DNA from: Eledone cirrhosa | Lineage: Eukaryota | Direction of reading: 5' to 3' | Assembly: GCA_964016885.1 (NCBI GenBank) | Contig: OZ024740.1 | Span: forward strand, 341,806,001 to 341,870,000 | DNA: 64,000 nt | Part shown: piece after piece, positions 25,779-39,221 of the stretch | Layout of the letters: each line of letters opens with the position of its first letter | Position numbering within the stretch: the first letter of the stretch is position 1 | Notes under the pieces: generated by a model | Told to the model about the DNA's origin: nothing | Database searches by the model: none | The model's input: only the letters and a program-made list of their open reading frames with translations | Position numbers and translations under genes: made by a program

Positions 25779-26632
25779 ACCAGCAGAATGGCCTGGCGTT
25801 GCTCAGGATTCTAAACATAGATTGGCATGTTTATCCTTCCTTTCTGAAACAGTACAGAAGAGAAGTACGGAATACCTCGGCCTGGGGATGGTGCTTATAA
25901 AAGATATTTGTCGTAGATTACCAGGGGTTTAACTTAATTGGGTGCCTGAGAGTAAAATATTCAACCCACGAAAGTCAAGACGATAGGGTTAAGTAAAAAG
26001 GCATTCGCCAAACCGAACATGTATTTGTTATGCTATGGTACAATGAAAGCAATAGTTACAGAGCAGTAAGGATGTGGGACTGAAGTGGTGGAGAGCATGA
26101 AGGAATTTAGTTGGATACTTTTAAGGTTACAGGCCCTAATGCAACCAAAATGCTAAACAGTGCGGTCCCCGGGCCAAAATTTGAAATCTTTTTCAAGAAA
26201 ATTTGTGAAACATAAGTAATGCATATGCAAAGTTTTTAAAAAATCGGTTGGGTACTTCTCGAGTTACAGGCCCTAATGCAACCAAAATGCTTTAAAAAAT
26301 CGTTTTTTCGCCTAATGCTGTCCCTGGGGCAAAAAATGAGAAAATCTTTTTTGCTCAAGACACTTTAAACGACATAAGTAATGCAAAATTTGGAGAAATC
26401 ACCTGGATATTGTTCCGTTATGCCTAAAAAAAAGCCTTTAAAGCCTAAAATATGTGGTTTTTTCGCCTAATGCGGTCCCTAGGGCATAGAAAATTTGAAA
26501 TATTTTTTTGCTCAAAACACTCACACGACCATTAGTATTACATGTGTAAAGTTTGAAAAAAATCGGTTGGGTGGTTCTTGAGTTTTAGGGAAACAGACAG
26601 ACAGACATTCTCTGTTTTAGATATATCGATGT
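25779..26632 (+). mobile_element. Helitron/Helentron-like non-autonomous element
   Basis: Start ACCAGCAGAATGGCCTGGCGTTGCTC, internal direct repeats (GTTACAGGCCCTAATGCAACCAAAATGCT twice; AAAGTTT..AAAAATCGGTTGGGT twice), subterminal (CAGA)n, resembling Lep1/DINE-type elements. Confidence 0.5.
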
Positions 26633-27794
26633 ATAAAATTACTTTCACTAGATCCCAATCATTACCTTTTGAAATTCTCATTGTGCCAACACTAATTCTC
26701 CCCCTCCTACATATTTTGAGAAAAACCTTGATTCTCTCTCTTGGCTACTACCCAATCTTAGAAGTCCCCTCTCTAGCTTTATAAAGTTCACAAATATGTG
26801 TTTATGTATGTGTTTGTATGCATATGAACGTTTATTTTATATCAAATATATATATTTTCTGTATGTGCATGAGTGAGTATGTATACATGTACCTGTTTAT
26901 ATTAGTTGGCATATGCATATATGGTATGGGCCTGCATTCTGCACTTGAGTAAGTACATATCCTTACAAATGTTTGATGTTTGGCTGTGTCTTCATACTTG
27001 TGTATACATGTATATATATATATATATATATAAATATATATAATATAAAAAACTGCCTGCCAGTACAACCCTTGTAACACAAAAAGTAAATGTAGTGAGT
27101 GACTGGAAGCTACCGCAGGGGTGACCAAATGGAGACAGTAAATGGTTTAAGAGCTCCCGTCAATCTGGGTGAACATGTAGCAACCTCTCTAGTGTTTGTG
27201 CAATGATAAATTTCACCCAGTACACCTTATAATGTGGCAGTGCATGAAAAACGTACCTATGACTTATCATCCACCCTACCCTACATCATATCCACCACAT
27301 CATAAGGTAGAAAGGGCCCTTCACTTGAATTTGACCTACATACTCCCTAGTGCTAGTACCACAATAAAACATACCTAGTACGCTGTGTAAGATAGCTGGT
27401 GATAGGAAGAACACCCAGTTGAAGAAACCATGTCAAACAAAGAGTAGAGAGGACTTTTCAGTTGTGTCAAGAGTATGATGACCTCTCTAGTGCTAGTGCC
27501 ATGATAAAATGCACAATGCACTCTGTAGAGTGCTAGCATATATGAAAACGAGCTGAGGTCCTGGCCCATCTGAGAGATGAGTTGCTCTGATTAAGTACTG
27601 ACTTGGTCTTTGATGACCTCACCCATCCTTTGCTAGTATAATGATATCTTAAAGGCTTAAAGCATTTAGCTAAATAGTAGCAATCTTTAGAATAAATTGT
27701 ACAGTGTATTGTTTATAATAGACAAAAGAGTAAAGTAAACAACCTAAAGTCTGTAAAATGTATAGCTGTATAATTTTCTTTGTAGAAGACTTAC

Positions 27795-27909
27795 CTTTGT
27801 AGAAGCTGGACATAAAGCTGTGTTCTTAAAAGCATTGGCAGTGTAGAATGGCTTTTGGCATTGATTAATGTCCAAGAACTTCAGATCAATATCAACTAGA
27901 ACAAGACCT
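27795..27909 (-). CDS. Gene 2 exon 6 (end of Cache 2, start of EGF-like 2)
   Basis: TTTCTAG acceptor, AAG|GTAAGT donor, phase 2 to 0; GLVLVDIDLKFLDINQCQKPFYTANAFKNTALCPASTK. Confidence 0.9.
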
Positions 27910-29671
27910 CTAGAAATACAAGAAAGAATGAATAAGATGTGCCTATCATTATGACTGTAAATAACATAACGTGTCATGATATTGTTGTTTTTATGTCTGT
28001 TTTTTTCATGATAACATGTAAAGTGGTTGTGTAGATATCACAACAAAAAGGACCCAGTACACACTGTAAATTGGGTTGGCGTTATGAAGGGCACCCTACC
28101 ATAGAAACAAAGCCCAAATCAGTTTTGTATGAGCAAAACATGGTCATCTGATCTGGCATGTTTCACAATGGGACAACTTGTCTAACCCATACTAGCATGG
28201 AAAAATGGATGTAAAACGATAGAAAGAAGATATATATTGTGTGGGTACACACATGATGGGCTTCGTGCAGTTTCTGTATACCAATTTACTCAAGGACATT
28301 TGCTCAAGGTATCATGCAACGGGATAGATCCTGAAGCTATGGTGCTGTGAAGATATAATATATTTGGGAAAATGGATCTATTGATTGTGCCTGGTTCTTT
28401 AACCAACTACCAACTTTGGCTATAACATTGCTGGATTATGGCAGAGTTAGGGATACACAACAACTCCAAATAACCATTTCTCAATTCTTCTTTTCTGCTT
28501 GTCTAATTGTGTCCTCATTACCTTCTTTCTTCCTTCCTTCTCCCACTTCTGATTCTTTCTCCCACTTCAGATTCATTTTACTCTTCCTTCTCCTCCCATT
28601 ATTCTGTTTAGTGACCTTCAACACTCCTACATCCTCTGTGTCAGGCCACCTAAACTGCCCTATATTCTCTGTTAAGTTTACAGTTTTCTTATTCAGATCT
28701 GCCCCCCTCCTCCCCATAAAAATAATACTGTCTTAGTTTCTAAGATTTATTTCAATATTTCTATATTGTTAAGGAATTATTCATACAGTTTGGAAACTCT
28801 TTCTATTGTTAACTACTTAGCTATGTAGTGAGAGTGGAGCCTGCTGCCAATCAAACAGACTGGAACAGGCAGAGTTATGTATGTATGGTCCCATAACTCC
28901 TGATACAGTCATAGAGGCACCGTATATACATACAGGATTTCTCAGGCATTTTAAGCCCCTGCTGGAGCCCATCCGTCTCCAGGCCTGAGTACAGCAGATT
29001 TCTTCCAGGGAAAGATAGAAAGTGAGAGAGAGGAAATGAGAAATAGATATAGAGGAAGAATCCACCCCAGTACTAGACTGGTACTTTTTTTATCGACCTC
29101 AACAGGATGAAAGGCAAAGTTGACCTCGGCTGGATTTGAACTCAGAGAGCAGAGAGCTGGAATGAATACCATAAAGCATTCTATCCAACTTTCTAATGAC
29201 TCTACCAATTCTCCGCTTCTAAGCAGAGTTATATGTTTTGTCAGAGGTCTAGCATAATAGGTGTATTGCTGGCAATGAAAGGTTTCTTTCTCTGATTGAA
29301 TACTGTGAATATGCAAAGGTTTCGAAAAAATGAAGTGAGTATGCTCCACTAGATGTGTGCATAAAAGAAAAGACACATTTGAGCTGAGGGGGAAAACTAG
29401 GCATAAAATAAATCAAATGTAGAGTGCCAGAGAGGAGAATGCATTGGGACAGACATGTGATGCATGTGGATGATGATCATTGGGTAAAAAAATGGAAGAA
29501 AGATATGGTAGAGATAGGCCAAGGGAGACTTTGGGTGAAGTGGTGAATGTAGATTTCAGGATGCTGTATTTCACAAAGAAGATGGCAAAGAAAAGAAGAA
29601 ACAATTGGAGAGATGCTGTGCTGGAAAGAATTTGTCTAACTCATGTAAACATGATAACATATATTTAGAAA

Positions 29672-29977
29672 TAATGATGGCGAGGATGAAGATTATGATG
29701 ATGGTGATGGTGGTGGTGGTGATGATGATGATGGTGGTGGTGGTGGTGGTAATGATGATGGTGGTGGTGGTGGTGGTGGTGGTGGTGGTAATGATGATGG
29801 TGGTGGTAGTGATGATGATGATGACGACGATGACGACGATGATGAAGATGATGATGATTATGATGATGGTGGTGGTGGTGATGATGATAATGTTGATGAT
29901 GACGACAACAATGACGACAATGACGATGACGATGACAATGACGAAGATGATGATGATGGTGGTGATTATGATGATGG

Positions 29978-30011
<34 letters not shown>

Positions 30012-30145
30012 GGTGATGATAATGTTGATGATGACGGCGACAACGATGACAATGATGACAATGATGATGATGATGATGACGATGACGAAGATGATGATGA
30101 TGCTAAGGCTGTTGATGATGATGGTGATTATGATGATGATGATGA
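29672..30145. repeat. (ATG)n/(GTG)n compound microsatellite
   Basis: Directly visible. Confidence 0.97.
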
Positions 30146-30294
30146 AGTGTTGAACACATTACAATGGTCATGAGAGGTTTTAAAATGTGTCGGATGAATG
30201 TAAATTATTGTTGATGTTAAGAATATCAGGACTAAAGAAATACAAATAGATAAATCTGAAGAAAAAACAAGAAAAAAAACAAATGCTGACTTAC

Positions 30295-31129
30295 ATAAAC
30301 TTTACAGTGAGGGAGGAATCATGACTAAAAAATGGAACAGTATAGGTAATGACCCATTTGTCAATTCTTCCATCACAACGGTAAGTTGGTCCACTCCATC
30401 GACCAGACTTGAAAGTAGGTGCCTTGTATGGCATATCACTGTATTTAAAACGTGTTCTTCCTGTTCCATTAATATTAGACCGTACAAATGCTTTAATATG
30501 GAATTTTTTCAATGCCTTTGTGTTTGATTTAAAACGTTCTTTTTCTGCCATGAACCATGGTGTATGTAAATAACTTTCTTTCAATCCTGCAGCATCTATT
30601 GCCCACCAACCATCATCCTTTCTGTAAGCCCAAGGTCCAAACAATGACTTTTGTTTCCCATTAGCTCCAATAAATTGGTAACTGTCAAAAAACACTGCAG
30701 AAGAAAGTATTTTGTGATCTGACATAACGTTAGCTAAAACCTCAGCAAATACATGGTCTTCCTGAAGTTGCTGTCCTCCATTCATGGTTCCAAAATTTAC
30801 ACCAACTTCATTGTTTTGTAAAAAACTGCTAAGAAAATGTGCCAGACGCAGAGCTGTTCTGGCTTGTGGTTCAAATTGTGATTCAGCTCCATATATCACA
30901 GATCCAGATAATGACAGGCCTGATGGAGGTTCTTTATGACAGTTTGTTTTGTTCATATCACCAATTTGTTTCATAAGAGTTGTCACCTTAATAGCAAGCT
31001 TCTCATCATAAGCATTTCGACGCTGGCGAGATGTCCTATGTTTAATATTTCTTTTGATGTTTAATGTTCTCTGATGTTGCATATATAATGTTAGACTTCT
31101 ATGTTTCTCCAATTGTTGTACTTTACGAT
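30295..31129 (-). CDS. Gene 2 exon 5 (basic linker with RQRR + Cache module 2)
   Basis: TATTTCAG acceptor, AT|GTAAGT donor, phase 1 to 2; in frame with ORF 30291-31112; ARTALRLAHFLSSFLQ and WSGPTYRCDGRIDKWVITYTVPFF motifs. Confidence 0.9.
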
Positions 31130-31381
31130 CTGAAATATAAAATGTTAAGCACAGTTTTGTAAATAAATATATTATCTCTACATACAGCTTACATTAGCTG
31201 ACAATGTGAAAATGTTCTGGATGTATGGCTATTAAATAGAGAACTAGCTCTTTGACATCCATAACCAATATGAACTGGATTACACAATTTGAGTGTTGAA
31301 GACACCAAACAGTGTCTCAAACACTCTAATTTGTTATTCTTTTACAGGTTTTAGTCATTGGATTGCAACCATGGTCTATGT

Positions 31382-31783
31382 CAGAGGTTCTCAAACTATC
31401 GGGGCCACTACCCCCCCTCAACGCCACGTAATACCCTCAGTGCCCCCACCCCTATTTCTAGAGAGACCTGCCTACATGGAAATTATAAATAACATATAAT
31501 AAATAAAATTGTTATCATCATCATCATCGTTTAACGTCTACTTTCCACACTATCATAAGTTAGACGAGTTTGCCGCTAATAAATAATATAATATATAATA
31601 TGTATAAATAGATATTATACATTTTTTATTTTACTATATTTATATATAATATGTATCATTTGATATACTATTATGTCATCTGTACCACAACCCCATCACC
31701 TGCTTAGGCCATTGCACCCCACCCCCCTGGACCTTCTCGACGCACCCCCCCAGGGGTGGTGGCGCCCACTTTGAGAACCTCTG
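31382..31783. mobile_element. hAT-Charlie MITE with 8-bp target duplication
   Basis: CAGAGGTTCTCAAA...TTTGAGAACCTCTG TIRs; flanks GTCTATGT / GTCTAGGT (Charlie-type NTCTAGAN); contains a small RTE 3'-end insert near 31515-31570. Confidence 0.85.
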
Positions 31784-32412
31784 GTCTAGGTTTATATAGA
31801 GTAAAATTAGGGTTAAGCAATAACATCATCAGCATTTAGGCAATTCATTTAAAGGTCCCTGTGATGCTAATGAAGTTACATGCTACATTTGAATGATGTA
31901 GAGGCACTCTATATCCCATAATACCACAAACAACATCATCCTTATCTCATGTTAACTTATGAGAAACATCACCTCTATTTTTTATATCATGCATTTTGTA
32001 AACAATAGTATCATTAGTTATAGGTTTTCAAAGGCTCAATGACTTTTAAAAAGTCTTTCTCAAGCCATGAGACTTATCAGGCTGGATCCCAGTTCCATGA
32101 GGTGTTAAGCAACTGAAAATACAAGACACCCACTGGGATGGGATGTCAATTGATTGCAAGAGTCAATCACTGGTTCACTGCATTTACAATGGTGAGAGTC
32201 TCAAGGGAGTGTCTTGGATAAGATAAATACCTTAAGGTATTTTTATTCAGCACACTATTTTTCTTGCTGGTGTGAATAGCTTTTTACAACACACACACAG
32301 ACTCTCTCACATTCACACACTCACACACAGACACACACACATGCTCACTCACACACATGTGCACTCACACACAAACACACAACACACTCACCTACACATA
32401 AGTACTACTTAC

Positions 32413-32578
32413 GTTGAATGGGAGTACATGTGAAACCATTCTTATATTCCTCCTCAGTAGCTTGTTCTATATTAGTTCCATGGAATGGTGGTTTAATATA
32501 GGATGGATATTTATAGCCTCGATTGCAGACACACTTGTAACCTCCTCGCTTAAACCCGAAGCCTGGTACATGTTTACA
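32413..32578 (-). CDS. Gene 2 exon 4 (EGF-like domain 1); not in the ORF track
   Basis: TTTTTCAG acceptor, C|GTAAGT donor, phase 0 to 1; CKHVPGFGFKRGGYKCVCNRGYKYPSYIKPPFHGTNIEQATEEEYKNGFTCTPIQ matches the GPR158-type CxPxxGxGFxxGxYxCxCxxG(F/Y) motif. Confidence 0.9.
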
Positions 32579-33317
32579 CTGAAAAATTAGAATATTTAAT
32601 AGCTGTTAGGATATACACAACTGCATTGGCTGTCAGCTGTTGAGACACTGCATCCTACAAAACTTCCATGCTTCCCGAAATTCGTCAACACTACACCTGA
32701 TATTGCCCCTCCATACACATGTACACATGTGTGTGTGTCTGTGTGTATATCATGACTCATACGCTGTTCACTTTCCTGACATTTGTACATTATTCTATGT
32801 ACTATATATGTACCTTTGATGAGTTGTAGTGCACCTGAGCATTGTACACAATAATTTTCTTTATTATTATTATATATATAACCTGCTGAGGTTAACTTTG
32901 ACTTTCATCCTTACGGGGTAGATAAAATAAAGCACCAGTAATACACTGGTATAATTGCTGGCATTGTGCCAAAAGTAGAAACAATTATTATTATACCTAA
33001 CAGGTATCTTTACAGTTTCCATCAACTAAATTCACTTGCAAAGCACTGATCACTTCAAGGGTAGGTATAGAAAAATACATTTGCCCAAGGTGTCGTGAAG
33101 TGGGACTGAACCTGAAATCACAGGATTCTGAAATAAATATCTTAACTACACAACCATGCCTGTAACCATGCCTATATAAAACCATATTTAAAAAGATAGC
33201 GTGTTAGTTTTTTGACATGGGAAGACTGGTGTATTTAGGTAGAGTAGTGAGATTTGAGATATAATTTAGTCATGTAAACCCTCATTATATGATATGCCCT
33301 GAACATAGTAGTGTATT

Positions 33318-33537
33318 TTAACCCTTTAGCATTTACATTACTCTATATTTACTGTTATATTTTCACGGTAAAGGCTTTATTTCACATAATATCAAATCTA
33401 TGAGATTTTGATATTATTTATTTATTTTGAGAACAATACATTAACATCAGTATGAGTGGCCGGTTACAGTCAGTTTGAGCAGAAAGAGGTGAAAGAATTC
33501 TGGCCGGATACAGCGGATTTGAATGTTAAAGGGTTAA
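33318..33537. mobile_element. piggyBac-type MITE
   Basis: TTAA-CCCTTTAGCATTTA ... AAAGGG-TTAA. Confidence 0.85.
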
Positions 33538-33542
33538 ATACA

Positions 33543-33741
33543 TGAGGGTCAGCTGAAAAGTTCATAGGCTGACTATAAAGGAGTGATACTAGGGCTGTGA
33601 AATCTTGCAAGCATTAATTTCAACTTTACTTATTAATAACTGCATTGTTTCTTTCCAGGGACTATGTTGAATAATAAACCTCATTTGGTCATTCGATGAG
33701 AGTATCTTGGTCAGCCTATGAACTTTTCAGCCAACCCTCAT
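33543..33741. mobile_element. mariner-like MITE
   Basis: ~30-bp TIRs TGAGGGTCAGCTGAAAAGTTCATAGGCTGAC / GTCAGCCTATGAACTTTTCAGCCAACCCTCA. Confidence 0.8.
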
Positions 33742-33955
33742 TATGTGTAATGAAAATCATGAAGACACATGGTTTTGGGGTTAGTGTGTTTGGCTCACAA
33801 TTGTAAGGATGTAAGTTCAATTTCTAATAGCATTCAGTGTCTTTTAGCAAGACACTTTATTTCATGTTGCTCCAGTTCACTCAGCTGGAAAAAATAAATT
33901 GTACCTGTAATTCAAAGGGGCAGATATATCACATTGAATCTTCTAGAGAATTACG

Positions 33956-34163
33956 TTAACCCTTTAGCATTTAAAACAGCCGTATCTGGCTAGAATTCTC
34001 TCACCTTTTTCTGTTCAAACTAACCATAACCGGCCACTCATACTGATGTTAAGGTATTGTTCCCAAAATAAATAATATCAAAATTTCGTAGATTCGATAT
34101 TATGAGATAATTCTATGAAAATGCAATAGTAAATATAGAGTACTGTAAATGCTAAAGGGTTAA
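33956..34163. mobile_element. piggyBac-type MITE, opposite orientation to 33318-33537; further copies at 37441-37662, 45185-45402, 59561-59789, 62713-62925
   Basis: TTAA-CCCTTTAGCATTTA ... TAAATGCTAAAGGG-TTAA with shared interior. Confidence 0.85.
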
Positions 34164-34285
34164 GAGTACATGTGTCTGTAGAATGCTCAGTCACTTGCAC
34201 GTTAATTTCCTGAGTTAGGCTGTTCTACAGAACATTCATCATGAGAGCCAACAGAAAGATCCAACACATCACACCGTGCTCTTAC

Positions 34286-34412
34286 CTTTGTGGTTGGTTT
34301 ACACCTGTCAATTCCGGCAAGATAATTGGGAGGTGGATTTCCAATGCTTAAAGGACAGGCATTAAAGTCAATTTTCCGGAAATAGGTATCCATGGTAATC
34401 AATGCAACTATT
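34286..34412 (-). CDS. Gene 2 exon 3 (end of Cache 1, start of EGF-like 1)
   Basis: TTTTTTTCCCCTAG acceptor, AAG|GTAAGA donor, phase 2 to 0; IVALITMDTYFRKIDFNACPLSIGNPPPNYLAGIDRCKPTTK. Confidence 0.88.
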
Positions 34413-34492
34413 CTAGGGGAAAAAAATGACATAATTGTAATTCTAGTTAGAGTTGATGCAAAGGGTTGATTTCTGGTTGTGTCATTTTAGCT

Positions 34493-34876
34493 ACACTCGG
34501 GTCCCAAATATTGGGGGGGGGGGGTTAAGTGGGCAGTGAAATAAGTAGGTGCAGGGTTGGAAAATCAGTAATTTTTATAGGTTGCATCCGTTGATTTTTT
34601 TTAAAAACCAGAATTAGTTATTTATTTTACATATTGAAACCCCAACTCAGCTCATCCTATTTATTTTATAATGTATGGGACTTCTAGTAATGTACTTTTT
34701 TTTATCATGTATAATGTTTTTTAATGTATAAAGAAAATTAACAGTCGCAAGAATGCTACCACTTAAAATTTTACCAGAGATAGATTAGCAAAATTGAATA
34801 AGCGGTGTGGGGGGGGGGTAAGAGCAGGGGAGTGGAAAAAGTCGGAGGGGGGCGATTATTTGAGACCCGAGAGTAT
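34493..34876. mobile_element. Tc1/mariner-pogo-like MITE
   Basis: TACACTCGGGTCCCAAATA ... TATTTGAGACCCGAGAGTA inverted termini bounded by TA. Confidence 0.65.
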
Positions 34877-35401
34877 GTAAAAACAAATGAGGAAAAGGAA
34901 AAGAAATAAACAAAAATAAATGTAAAGTGAATTTAGCAGTTTGATATTTGTAATTGATTTTAGCGGTATGCCCAGCTAACTATTGCAGTATTTAGACAAA
35001 TGCAATAATTTAGGCATACATAACAATTGTTTCTACTTTTGGCACAAGGCCAGCAATTATCCCGGTACATTACTGGTAAATTTATTTTATCGACTCCCAT
35101 AAGGATGAAAGGCAAAGTTAACCTTGGTGGGATTTGAACTCAGACCGTAAAGGGTCGTAACTCTATGCTGCAAAGCATGGCGTCCAACCTTCAACTGATA
35201 CTGCCAATCCACAACAATGCCGACCAAACTAGTTTCTCTGAATCCCAATTATAGGTGTAGATACACAGTTATTATCACAATGATCTCTAACAGGCACAAA
35301 GCTACATATCACCACCATCATCATTTTCCATGCAGGCATGGATTAGATGAAATTTTTTGAGGCAATTTTTCTATGGTCAGATGCCTTTCATAACACCAAC
35401 A

Positions 35402-35482
35402 TACAGGATGTCCCCAAAAGATGTATACGCATTTCAACAGCATTCTAATAAATATGTGTATACATATTTGGGACACCCTGTA
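35402..35482. mobile_element. Very short Tc1-like MITE
   Basis: TA-CAGGATGTCCCCAAA ... TTTGGGACACCCTG-TA. Confidence 0.7.
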
Positions 35483-35569
35483 TACGTTATTTCTAACTAT
35501 ATGGTATATATATTGGACAAAGATGCAAGGACTCCTCCTCTTTATTTCGGCCGCGGATGGCCAACATAA

Positions 35570-35992
35570 CCCCATCTCCCTCACCCCTCCCTGCGCCCCA
35601 CCGTTCCCACCCACCAAACGCAATCCCAAACTTACCAAAATACACCCCCGTCCCACTACCCCCACCCCATCCACACCACCCCCTTCTGATGTAAAGTTAT
35701 GTTGGTACCACAACATCCAGTCCTAAATAAATGAGGTCGTGTAGGTGTCACAACAAAAAAACCACACTGTCCACACTGTAATGTGGCCGTGTAGGTAACA
35801 CAGTAAAAACCTCCCAGTCCACACTGTAAACGTGGTTGGTGTTAGGAAGGGCATCCAGCCGTAGAAAATCCATCAGACAGTCCTATACGAGCAAGACAAC
35901 CAATCTTGCCCCAAGTGGGAACATTCCCGTCCAAACCCATGCCAGCGTGGAAGATGGACGTTAAACGATGATGATGATGATGATGATGATGA
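35570..35992 (+). mobile_element. RTE LINE 3' UTR fragment with (ATG)n tail
   Basis: Reverse complement of the 19533-19900 3' UTR. Confidence 0.88.
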
Positions 35993-36728
35993 TTGCTAAT
36001 TTTTTTTGTTGAGTCATATTATTTATGCAGGATTTACACACTTTATTTTAATGTTATTGATATGAAGATAAATAGTAAGCTGACATAAAAGGATGATGAT
36101 ATGACAGACTTTGTACAATTTCCATTCAATTTCATCCCCAAAGCATTGCTCAGCCTGAGGCTAGAGTAGAAGACGCTTGCTCCATATGTTACACATCATC
36201 ATCATCATTAAACGTCCATTTTTCCATGCTAGTATAGGTTAGACAAGTTGTCCTGTTGTGAGACGAGTTAGATCAGATGACAATGTCTTTCTCATACAGA
36301 ACTGATTTTGGCTTGGTTTCTACAGCTGGATGCCCTTCCTAATGCCAGCCACATTTACAGTGTACATTGGGTGCTTTTTATTGTGACACCTATATGATCA
36401 ATTTACAGTGGACTGGGTGTTCTTTGTCATTACACCTATATGACCATTTTACAGTGTTGACTGGCCACTTTTTGTTGTGACACCTATATGATCACTTTAT
36501 AGAGTGGGCTGGGTGCTTTTTGTTGTGTCACCAATTCAACCACTTTACAGCAAAACCAAAAACCATGTAATTGTAAAGCAAACTTCTTAACTACAGTCAT
36601 ATCTGCACCCAATATTTATAATATAATAATAGAATATGAATGGAATAGAAATATGATATGAAAACAGTATAAAACATCCAAAACTTTTACAAAATTTTTC
36701 AAGTCAAAAATATTTATCCTTCTTTTAC

Positions 36729-37074
36729 CTTGGTCTTCTCATATGGGTGAATCGCAAGTATCTCGGCATGAAATCTATCACAGGTGAGACTGCAGAAACT
36801 ATCCATTCATTTGACTTTTTACAGTCAAAATATGGCCGAGTAAATCTAACCGGAAGTTCTTCATCCAAAGAATGCTGACCAGGAAGAGCAGGTCCAAAGA
36901 AAACCGAAATATTAAAATGATCACTGATGAACTGTCCTGGTCTGTTTGAATATTTTATGCCCACTGAATACTTATATTTCGTCAAAGAGTCCTTACTCTT
37001 ATACACATCAGGCATATTCCATAAAGAATACCAAATATTTGTTTTACTCCATCTGCTTGTGTAATTGTCATAAC
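36729..37074 (-). CDS. Gene 2 exon 2 (Cache module 1)
   Basis: ATTTAG acceptor, AG|GTAAAA donor, phase 1 to 2; FTRPYFDCKKSNEWIVSAVSPV resembles the WxxPYxxC...W(L/I)V motif of GPR158-type Cache domains. Confidence 0.88.
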
Positions 37075-39221
37075 CTAAATAAAAAATAGAAACCACAGTG
37101 TAGTATATCAATGAGAAGAATAATACTCGTCCGAAACTATTATTATTGTAGATTGGTAATATCGGTAGAGAGTTGGATGCCATGCTTTGCAGCAAAGAGT
37201 TACAGTCCCTTATGGTCCGAGTTCAAATCCCGCCGAAGTTAAATTTGCCTTTCATCTTTATGGGGTTGATAAAATAAAGCACCAGTAATGCACTGGAGTA
37301 ATTGCTGGCCTTGTGCCAAAAGTAGAAACAATTATTGTAATTGTTATAAAATGTCCTTTTTATAAAGATTAACTCTGTCAGTACCAAAATACCAACTAAT
37401 ATATTGTTTATCTCCCACCATTTTTAAATGCCAAAAATATACCCCTTTAGTATTTAAACCGACCATATCCAGCCAGAATTCTCTCGCCTCTTTCTTTTCA
37501 AATCAGCTATAACTGGCTGCTCATACTTATGTTAAGATATTGTTCTCAAAATAAATAATCTCAAAATCTTGTAGATTTGATATTATGTGAAATAATTATG
37601 TGAAATAAAGTGTTTACCATGAAAATATAATAGTAAATATAGAGTAATGTAAATGCTAAAGGAGTACTGGTGTGTTTTACTTTAGTTTGTGAAGTGCATG
37701 CCAAGATAAAGTAAATAAAGAAAATTTGAAATATCTATTTTATTTTACTTTTTGCAATGCTTTGAAAAATGCAGATATTAACATGTAGTAACTGTTTGGG
37801 GCAGTAGAGTACAAAAAAACCAGCACTGGCATTCAAAGAGTTAAAGGTGAGATACAGTTCTTTATTCTACATAGATAATTTCATTGACATTTATTTGCTC
37901 ATTTTCTTTTGCATTTCTCATTGAATAAATTAGAAGGTATGTAGAGTAGATTACCAAATGTAAATATAATAATTCACGCTACCAAATTAACAATGTACTC
38001 ACTTCCAAGTTGGTGTCAGAAAGATTATTTATAAATCATTTGCTCTATCTTTGAGGCAAAGTATCTAAATTTGTAGTATATATCAAATGCTGGTGAAAGG
38101 AAATGGATGTGGAAAGAAAGGAATCTAATTGAAATAAATTACACATATTAGCACAAAATTAGTATTGATGTATACATGTATATTTGTAGGGGTGTGAAAT
38201 GCTGCATGTGATTTAACTACAGAACTTTCCCTGGGCTTGTAATTTGCAGCACACCCTAAAACTCACACACACACACACATATATATATATATGCATAGAC
38301 ACACATGCACAAATACACACATATGCATATACATGCACACAGACAGAAAGAGCAGCACATGATTAAGTATATAGGGCAGGTTGGTCTTTAAAGCTAACTG
38401 GTGAAATCAATTAATGTTTTGTTTACTCATTACTTGAATAATTTTAGTAGGCTGAATATTTTCAGCTCTCTATGTGACATATGTGAGACCCTACTGTAGA
38501 GATGTATGCATATATATTATATAAGGAGGAGAAGGCGCAAAACAAAAATACAATATATTGAAACAGGTTTGAAATTTGTACCAAAAATTAAATAAACAAG
38601 AGCAACCTACCAGCAGCGCCTATGAGAGGGGGGGGGGGGGGGGGGGTCCAGCCAATACTTTGTTCTGGGGTCCAAAAGCTAAGAAGGTCCCACAACAACC
38701 ATTTTGAGAAAAATCTTTGTCGGCTTCAGGCCCCAAATGGGTCTTGTACCACCTTGCAAAATTTCTCTTGGAGGCCCTGCCTACCAGTACACAAGTGAGA
38801 AACTGCCACCTAAGTAAGAATAGGGTGCTCCATGAGCCTGACCCCTTCTCACACAGATCACATTCTGCAAACTGGGTCCTCTGTAATTACCAGAGAATTT
38901 TTTGACCTTAGCCAGGCTGAGCAGTGATACCTTAGCTGTCGATAGATTGCTGATGGGATCTCTAACCGCCATCTATCCTTTCAGGGATCAGGGTATACCC
39001 TATCACATCCTCAGTAAATATAGTATGTAGCTTTTCCTCTTTTAGTTTTATCACCAAATCAAATAATCTGTGGGTACGCCTTCAGATTACTCCAAAATTT
39101 AGGTACCCCATTAGAAGTGGGCGTCTTTTAGGGAGCAACTTCCAGTCTCTTAATTGTCTTTTACCTGAGATTTTAATTACTGTTTCCTATGGGTTACCTC
39201 ACCTTTCTCCAGTCTCTGTCT

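Noticed and set aside
38003-38124. Exon-like segment (AG...GTGAGT, minus strand) in gene 2 intron 1
   Set aside because: Stops in all three frames, and exons 1 and 2 join cleanly without it; a poison exon cannot be supported without RNA data.
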